DNA of 31,069 bases, taken from the IMG/VR virus record IMGVR_UViG_3300025108_000233, positions 1 to 31,069 of that record; one strand, given 5' to 3'. The notes below the pieces were generated by a model. That model made no database searches, was not told the DNA's origin, and saw only the letters and a list, made by a program, of their open reading frames with translations. Made by a program: the position numbers and the translations under genes. How positions within the stretch are numbered: the stretch's first letter is position 1; the number at the start of each line of letters is the position of its first letter. This DNA comes from a virus (lineage: Duplodnaviria; Caudoviricetes). Below are positions 25,445 through 31,069 of the stretch, one piece after another.

Positions 25445-26595
25445 TATACCATACCTATACTTTGCTGTGATAGACTACCACCGTTTTCTAAACTTTTCAT
25501 CATTTTATACATGTTTTTTGCTCCCGCTTTTCGCGATCCACCACCCGCGTTTCTCACAGCTTTAGCTGTCATAACAAACTCACCATCACTTAACATCGCA
25601 GGAATATCATCAGAAGTTCCTGTCCCAGGGCCTGCAATTTCACCGATACGCTTTGGATGCTCTTTTACTTTACCATCAGGATGTTTTATTTGTTGACCAC
25701 TTCCAGATGCAAAACCTGTTATTTCACCACCCATGGCAGCATATACGGTTGGATCATATCCTTGAGGACCTGTTATATCTTTCAATTGATATTGAGCATA
25801 ATTAGGAGTGTATAAATCCTCTCGAACATATCCTTCCTCTTCTTCTTCTTGTTGTTTTGGACCTAATAATTGTTCAGCTAGAGGTAATGCAGATAGTCCA
25901 GCATATGCTGCAGGACCATATTGATACATGAAACTTGATTCTTTAGGTATTCCCATTGCAGTTATCATTTCATCTGATATAGGGTTTCCTGTTGCCTCTC
26001 CTAATAATTTCATTTTTTGAAATTGAGGATTTATTGCTCTTTGTCTTGGATCAAATGAAGTCATGAGCTTGTCACCTGCTTTTTTAAAAAAACCTTTTTC
26101 AGGTGTAGCGTTAGCACTAGCAAAAGCCTCTGTTACTGTACTAGGAGTCATGTTCCCTACAGCGATGTCTCTGTTAATTGCATCTGCAAATTGTTCGTTT
26201 ACAGGTATGTTTGTCACTTGTGGTATTTTTCTTCCTGTAACACCCTTCATGAATCTTTGACTCGCAGTTCCCTCTCCACCTTTTAAAAGACCTGAAATAC
26301 CTGAAGTGGCTGCTTGAATTGCTACATCTTTTGCGATGTCTACTGGTTTTTTTCCTGCTAAAGCTCCTATACCTGCTCCTACAACCGATTGACCTAACCT
26401 ACTTGCCAAAAAACTTCCAAGTTTACCTCCTACCAATCCACCAACACCTGGCATGACGAAAGGTAAAACATAAGGTGCAATAGGAGCTACAGCTTTAGCA
26501 ACACCTGTAACTGTATCTTTAACATTTTGAAAAAAATCACCAACAAGAGAACCAAGACCTAGTTCATAAACCTGTGCATACTCTTTTTGATCCAT
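25444..26595 (-). CDS. Putative internal virion protein
   Basis: Gly-rich hydrophobic N-terminus; C-terminal GPGTGTSDDIPAMLSDGEFVMTAKAV. Confidence 0.65.
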   Translation of the reverse strand: MDQKEYAQVYELGLGSLVGDFFQNVKDTVTGVAKAVAPIAPYVLPFVMPGVGGLVGGKLGSFLASRLGQSVVGAGIGALAGKKPVDIAKDVAIQAATSGISGLLKGGEGTASQRFMKGVTGRKIPQVTNIPVNEQFADAINRDIAVGNMTPSTVTEAFASANATPEKGFFKKAGDKLMTSFDPRQRAINPQFQKMKLLGEATGNPISDEMITAMGIPKESSFMYQYGPAAYAGLSALPLAEQLLGPKQQEEEEEGYVREDLYTPNYAQYQLKDITGPQGYDPTVYAAMGGEITGFASGSGQQIKHPDGKVKEHPKRIGEIAGPGTGTSDDIPAMLSDGEFVMTAKAVRNAGGGSRKAGAKNMYKMMKSLENGGSLSQQSIGMV

Positions 26596-26604
26596 TTTTC
26601 ACCT

Positions 26605-26856
26605 TTATTTTTTATTTGATGCACCCAAACTAGCAAGTCGTGGTGCGAAAATTGTTACATCTCTTTGAATATGCTCTTCTGCGGTATCTGTATCTGGATT
26701 TTCAATGTCCGCGGTGCACGCTTCTTCTGATTCGTATGTTTCATTGGTATTTTTATTTGTAAGTACTGTTTCTGTTTTACAACTGTAAACAGGAACCTGT
26801 TGACCATCAACTTCTTTGTGTCCTAAAAGCTTTGGTTCTTCTACTATTTTATTCAT
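26605..26856 (-). CDS. Hypothetical protein
   Basis: AAAGG SD; late operon. Confidence 0.7.
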   Translation of the reverse strand: MNKIVEEPKLLGHKEVDGQQVPVYSCKTETVLTNKNTNETYESEEACTADIENPDTDTAEEHIQRDVTIFAPRLASLGASNKK

Positions 26857-26873
26857 ATTAACCTTTATTTGTA

Positions 26874-27230
26874 CTATTGTTGATCCTTCATTTCAAGTAC
26901 AGAAACCTTAATAACAAGGTCATTTGCATCACTTGATGTTACTTTTAAACTATCACCCCCTTCAAATACAAAGGTGCCGTTGATGATTTTTGTTGCTTGA
27001 TGTGCCACTTGAACATTGTTAATCTCAAAATCAGTAGTTCCATTATTATAAGTCAATATTGCATTAAGTGTTCCAGAACCTGCTTGATTATGCAAAACAA
27101 TAGTTTTTACCATAAATGTAGTCACAGGAACGGGTGGTGTTGCTGCCACATTGGCATTAGGAACTGTAAATAAAGTATTCGCTGCTGTATCTGCAGGACT
27201 TAAAACAAAGGTTCTAAAACGATCAGGCAT
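26874..27230 (-). CDS. Small beta-rich putative virion protein
   Basis: LFTVP...VKTI...N ... EGGDSLKV pattern. Confidence 0.65.
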   Translation of the reverse strand: MPDRFRTFVLSPADTAANTLFTVPNANVAATPPVPVTTFMVKTIVLHNQAGSGTLNAILTYNNGTTDFEINNVQVAHQATKIINGTFVFEGGDSLKVTSSDANDLVIKVSVLEMKDQQ

Positions 27231-27411
27231 CGGTGGTACCTCCTGTTGCGAAGAATGTAGTTCTTCTATTCACTTCGTCTTTATTGTCTTGTTGATAGGA
27301 TGAGTTTAATTGTAGAACAATCTGTTCTAGTTGTCGTACCATTTCAGCAAAAGCTCTAGGATCATAATCTTGTGGTGGATCAGGAAATCTAGTTTGAGGT
27401 ATTTTAGCCAT
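27223..27411 (-). CDS. Hypothetical tail-associated protein
   Basis: GGAGG SD; P.PP.DYD...F...VRQLE. Confidence 0.7.
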   Translation of the reverse strand: MAKIPQTRFPDPPQDYDPRAFAEMVRQLEQIVLQLNSSYQQDNKDEVNRRTTFFATGGTTDA

Positions 27412-29279
27412 TATCGTCCTCCATCAGGTTCCGCATCTATATGATACGTTCCTACTTTAAAGTTACCACCTGCAGTATTACTTTCTATTCTAAAATTAGC
27501 TTGTCTACCTCTACCTCTCATATCTTTTTTTGTATCTGTTGCAGCTACTGTTAAAGCTGTTTGACTAACAACATTTCCATAAGGATAATCTTTAAAACTA
27601 AATGTTACAGTTAGATTGCCTGATTGATCTCTAAAGTCAGGAACAAATCTAGAAATTCTCATAGGGTTTTCTCCAGACTGATCAATGGTAAAATCTCCTG
27701 TTTGAATAAAAGACTGCATAGCAGATCCATCATCATCTGTACCAAACTCTTGTTGATAATAATTAGAAACACCGTTCGATAAACCAATCACGGTGGGTGT
27801 TGTATTGGTAGCAGTATTTGTTAAATATTCTGTTGCTAAAGGAAACTGAAAGACACCTCGGTCAACCCATGATGTTCGATTCAGCGTGCCTACGGACCAA
27901 GTTTGTTCTAAGTAGTTATAGACAACACAACGATTAACTTGTGGCTGTGCAATATTATCAGGATTAGTTACATAGAACCAAATAATTTCTGCAAACTCTG
28001 TATTCACACCAGCAAAGATTTGATCGGATTGTGTTAAATCAATATTTTCAAATACGAAGTCATCAACACTACAAGGTAGTTTTTTCACAGTACCATCAAA
28101 GACAAAGAAAGCATTCTGACCCATCCAATACGCTACGTCTCTAACAACAACAGCAGAGTGTTGTCCTAATAGTCCACAGTTACGACCTAATTGACTTAAT
28201 CCAAATGTAAAGGGTGGACCAATAAATTGTAAGCCATGCAGTGATGTATCTGTCCATACTAATATTTGACCACGAGCTTTGTCTGCTCCCACAATACTAG
28301 AACCATCTTGTATTCGCAGTGATCCTGCAGTGTTTTCTGCAGCAGGTTGATATGTATTAATATCTTCTTGTGATGAGAAACGCAGTAACAAAGGATCTTG
28401 TGAAGAGCCTGTGCCTACAGTTTTTTCTGTACCAAATAAAATTAAATGTCTGTCGGGTGTAGAAACTAAAGAAAACTTTGAAGTTGTTGGTGCGTTTGTA
28501 ACTAAACTTGCTTTACCTGTTAAACCGTCCGTGGTTGGCGACCATTGAAACGTTGATCCATTTAATGCAGTTGCAATTAATAATTCACCGAAATTATCTA
28601 AGGACCAATCTCGACCATCTAATGTCACAGAAGAAGTTGTACGAGCTGTGCCCCATGTTTCTGTATTCCAAGTTGATGTACCCCAACCATAACCAAAAGT
28701 AGAAAAGGCAGGTGCAATAGCAATGTCAAAAACAGCAGTTGCTGTTCCATTGTTTGTAGTGCTTCCTGTAGATTCTGTTGCGTCTTGTTGGATAACAAAA
28801 GCATTGGTACTTGTTACTGATTTTATTTCAAAACTTCGATCAAATTGTTCTGCTGTAAAACTTGTGCCTGATAATCCTGTAGTTCCTGAGAAAGTAACAA
28901 TATCTCCTACATTGGCCCCATGACCTGTGATATTAACAGTCACATTGGCTGAACCGTTTGTTGTATTAAAAATACTACCTACAGAAGAATTAGTTTGTCT
29001 TACAGGGGTGATGTCATACAAAACATCATTAGCATATATGTATAATTTTTTATCTGTACCGAGAGCCGCTAATCGTGTTCCATCTAGTGCAACCCAATGG
29101 TGAGCATCACGAGCCACACCAATTAACTTATTGTCTGTGGTCTTTTGCCAACCCCCTATTTTTTCAGGAAGTCCGTAACGAAAACGAATATTATCGCAAT
29201 CCGTGTAACCATTAGCTACACCTAGACTACTTGTTTGTTTCTGTATTCCCGGTTTGAGTTGTATTTTTGTTAATGTCAT
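27411..29279 (-). CDS. Tail tubular/nozzle (head-closure) type protein
   Basis: 622 aa, beta-propeller-like; DNIRFR.G.PEKIGGW; inserted HG...GD.VTF beta domain; RGRGRQ near the C-terminus. Confidence 0.7.
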   Translation of the reverse strand: MTLTKIQLKPGIQKQTSSLGVANGYTDCDNIRFRYGLPEKIGGWQKTTDNKLIGVARDAHHWVALDGTRLAALGTDKKLYIYANDVLYDITPVRQTNSSVGSIFNTTNGSANVTVNITGHGANVGDIVTFSGTTGLSGTSFTAEQFDRSFEIKSVTSTNAFVIQQDATESTGSTTNNGTATAVFDIAIAPAFSTFGYGWGTSTWNTETWGTARTTSSVTLDGRDWSLDNFGELLIATALNGSTFQWSPTTDGLTGKASLVTNAPTTSKFSLVSTPDRHLILFGTEKTVGTGSSQDPLLLRFSSQEDINTYQPAAENTAGSLRIQDGSSIVGADKARGQILVWTDTSLHGLQFIGPPFTFGLSQLGRNCGLLGQHSAVVVRDVAYWMGQNAFFVFDGTVKKLPCSVDDFVFENIDLTQSDQIFAGVNTEFAEIIWFYVTNPDNIAQPQVNRCVVYNYLEQTWSVGTLNRTSWVDRGVFQFPLATEYLTNTATNTTPTVIGLSNGVSNYYQQEFGTDDDGSAMQSFIQTGDFTIDQSGENPMRISRFVPDFRDQSGNLTVTFSFKDYPYGNVVSQTALTVAATDTKKDMRGRGRQANFRIESNTAGGNFKVGTYHIDAEPDGGR

Positions 29280-30072
29280 CAGCTAAACTAAACATGGATC
29301 CAACATGACCTTGAAAATGCATACTTCCCATATGCGTTAAAGGTGATGCTATATCAGCCCATATCTTACCACCGATCTTAGACCATAGTCTAGAAAAATA
29401 ATAGTCCTCGCTGAGGTATCTCTCACTTTCATCCCATGGTAATTTACCGACACCAAAGAGATCATAGCAGTTATCAGAAAAATAACTTTTACCATTAACA
29501 ATTTGATCAGTTTTATATTTGCGATCAGGATAGGCTTTTTTCATCTTTTTAAATACATCTCGTTTTATCAACATCATACCTGTTGCAGCTTCCATAACTT
29601 CACAAAATCCACCTTGTAATTTAATGCTTTGTGTATTTTCAAAGTTTAAATTGTACCCTAAGGCTTTATATTGCAAATGTTCTTCTGAAATATCAGGGTT
29701 TTTTATCAGGGCATCTTTGACTTGATTCCAATGAATACACTTACGAGGGTAGATACCACAAGCAATATCTTTGTCTGCTCTAATTAATCGTTCAATATTC
29801 ATCGGTTGAAAACCGATATCAGAATCTACAAATAAAAGATGTGTTCCTATATAATCTTTATCATCTAAAAACATAGAGACAATCGTATTTCTTGCTCTAG
29901 TGATTAATGATTCATTACCCATCGTTTGTAGTCTCATATCGACACCTGATTGTGATGCCCAGTTTTGTAGTCCTAATACACCATGTAGTGTATTTTCACT
30001 TAGCATTCCACCATACATGGGCATCCCCAAATATAGTTTTATATTATGATCTTTAAGATCGCCTTCTATCAT
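29227..30072 (-). CDS. GT-A fold glycosyltransferase-like protein
   Basis: SLITRARN, FVDSDI (DxD), TGMMLIKRDVF, SEDYYF and L.H.G. Confidence 0.75.
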   Translation of the reverse strand: MIEGDLKDHNIKLYLGMPMYGGMLSENTLHGVLGLQNWASQSGVDMRLQTMGNESLITRARNTIVSMFLDDKDYIGTHLLFVDSDIGFQPMNIERLIRADKDIACGIYPRKCIHWNQVKDALIKNPDISEEHLQYKALGYNLNFENTQSIKLQGGFCEVMEAATGMMLIKRDVFKKMKKAYPDRKYKTDQIVNGKSYFSDNCYDLFGVGKLPWDESERYLSEDYYFSRLWSKIGGKIWADIASPLTHMGSMHFQGHVGSMFSLADDINKNTTQTGNTETNK

Positions 30073-30091
30073 TATTATTTACCTTTCTTGT

Positions 30092-30727
30092 TTAAGCACT
30101 TGTGCCGTAAAAATCTTCGAGAGTTACTACACCAGAAGTGGGTACTCCTGTGTTTGTATTTACAGTAATATATCGTTGACCAGCATCACCATTTAATGTT
30201 TGTTGGCCTGCTGCATGTCCTCGACTACCCCAAGTACATGAGGTGGTGATTGTTTGTCCAGCAGAAGCAGAAAATGATAAAACTTGACTAGGGGTTTGTG
30301 GTTGACTTCCGTTTTGACTAAAGCTCGCAGTGCCTACTACCGAACCATTAACACTCACTGAATGAGAACAAGTCAAACCCGGATCTCCAGTAGATAAATA
30401 TGTTGAACAAGTCAGTCTATATGTACCAGTTACATTAATTACTTGTGTCGTTGTAAAATTACCTGTGCTTCCATTGTCTGCCCATATGTAAGCAAACATA
30501 ATATTATTACCTGAATTAAAAATAGGAGGATTTTGTTCAAAAGATACACCTCTAAAGTTTGTGCCTGATTGAGTAGAACCAGTGCTAGATGCAGTGACTG
30601 TTGATTGTTTTGTGGAAGGAACTAAACTACCACCTCTATAATATTCTGATAAAGAGTGTGGAGCAGATCCACCAAACTCTGAGGCTAGATTTCCTATACT
30701 TATTGCTCCACTACTAGGTAGTGTCAT
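30092..30727 (-). CDS. Putative tail-tip adhesin/receptor-binding protein
   Basis: MTLPSSGAIS...EFGG..PHSLSEYYRGG N-terminus and VPTSG...L.DFYG C-terminus around a Ser/Thr/Gly-rich core. Confidence 0.6.
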   Translation of the reverse strand: MTLPSSGAISIGNLASEFGGSAPHSLSEYYRGGSLVPSTKQSTVTASSTGSTQSGTNFRGVSFEQNPPIFNSGNNIMFAYIWADNGSTGNFTTTQVINVTGTYRLTCSTYLSTGDPGLTCSHSVSVNGSVVGTASFSQNGSQPQTPSQVLSFSASAGQTITTSCTWGSRGHAAGQQTLNGDAGQRYITVNTNTGVPTSGVVTLEDFYGTSA

Positions 30728-31068
30728 TAGATTGTACCTGAAGCAGTGACATCACCAACACAAGTAAGATTTCCATTCTCGTCTAATTTCATTTTACCAG
30801 TGCCATCATAATTAAATTGTAAATTATTTCCTGATTGCACAACGGTCCAATTAGCACCGATTGCAAAAGTTGTTGATGCTGTAATAGTTGTTGAAGTAAC
30901 GCTAGTCATTCCAACAGCCGTGCCACCTGTGAAAGCAACAGCACCTGAAGCTTGTGTTGCAATACTACCTAAACCTAAAGAAGTACGGGCCGTGGCCCCT
31001 GTTTCAAGAACAAAGTTTGATCCATCACCAACAATAAAATTACTATCTGTTGGACTTAAACTAGCAAT
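30727..31068 (-). CDS. Tail fibre protein, C-terminal part (truncated by the window edge)
   Basis: Frame open to the window end; ARTSLGLGSIAT fibre motif; G.LT..GDVTA terminus. Confidence 0.7.
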   Translation of the reverse strand: MASLSPTDSNFIVGDGSNFVLETGATARTSLGLGSIATQASGAVAFTGGTAVGMTSVTSTTITASTTFAIGANWTVVQSGNNLQFNYDGTGKMKLDENGNLTCVGDVTASGTI

Positions 31069-31069
31069 G

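Noticed and set aside
25444-26595. Tape-measure protein call from the GPGTGTSDDIPAMLSDGEFV motif
   Set aside because: The protein is short and the surrounding genes look podoviral, so an internal virion protein is more likely.
19030-28923. Plus-strand ORFs within the late module
   Set aside because: Antisense shadows of long minus-strand genes.
1-31069. CRISPR array, rRNA, integrase, IS element or alternative genetic code
   Set aside because: No regularly spaced repeats or such motifs were seen, and standard stop codons give dense, tightly coupled genes.

Overview
This is an AT-rich fragment of a tailed dsDNA phage genome, podovirus-like. The gene content suggests an aquatic alphaproteobacterial (possibly SAR11-type) host, but that is inference. 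Layout: (1) 1-5.9 kb is a + strand early region of many small translationally coupled ORFs interleaved with structured RNAs; (2) 5.9-9.5 kb is a mostly - strand block (PD-(D/E)XK nuclease, SAM methyltransferase, SNF2 helicase); (3) 9.6-18.0 kb is a + strand replication module (SSB-like protein, primase, ABC-ATPase/GNAT fusion, UvrD-like helicase, Leu762 PolA); (4) 18.0-31.1 kb is a - strand late module (lysozyme, internal virion proteins, tail protein, glycosyltransferase, tail fibre/adhesin). The best signals are not in the ORF track: a complete type II hammerhead ribozyme (807-878), a manA-like large ncRNA with its own promoter (2191-2419), a second structured RNA candidate (1799-2105), and a two-hairpin RNA with anti-Shine-Dalgarno loops upstream of the primase (11336-11463). 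Also seen are a strand-biased CACG-N3-CACG motif, apparent regional avoidance of GAWTC, and a Mom-like GNAT fused to an ABC ATPase inside the replication operon. All calls are by-eye motif recognition; no database searches were run.
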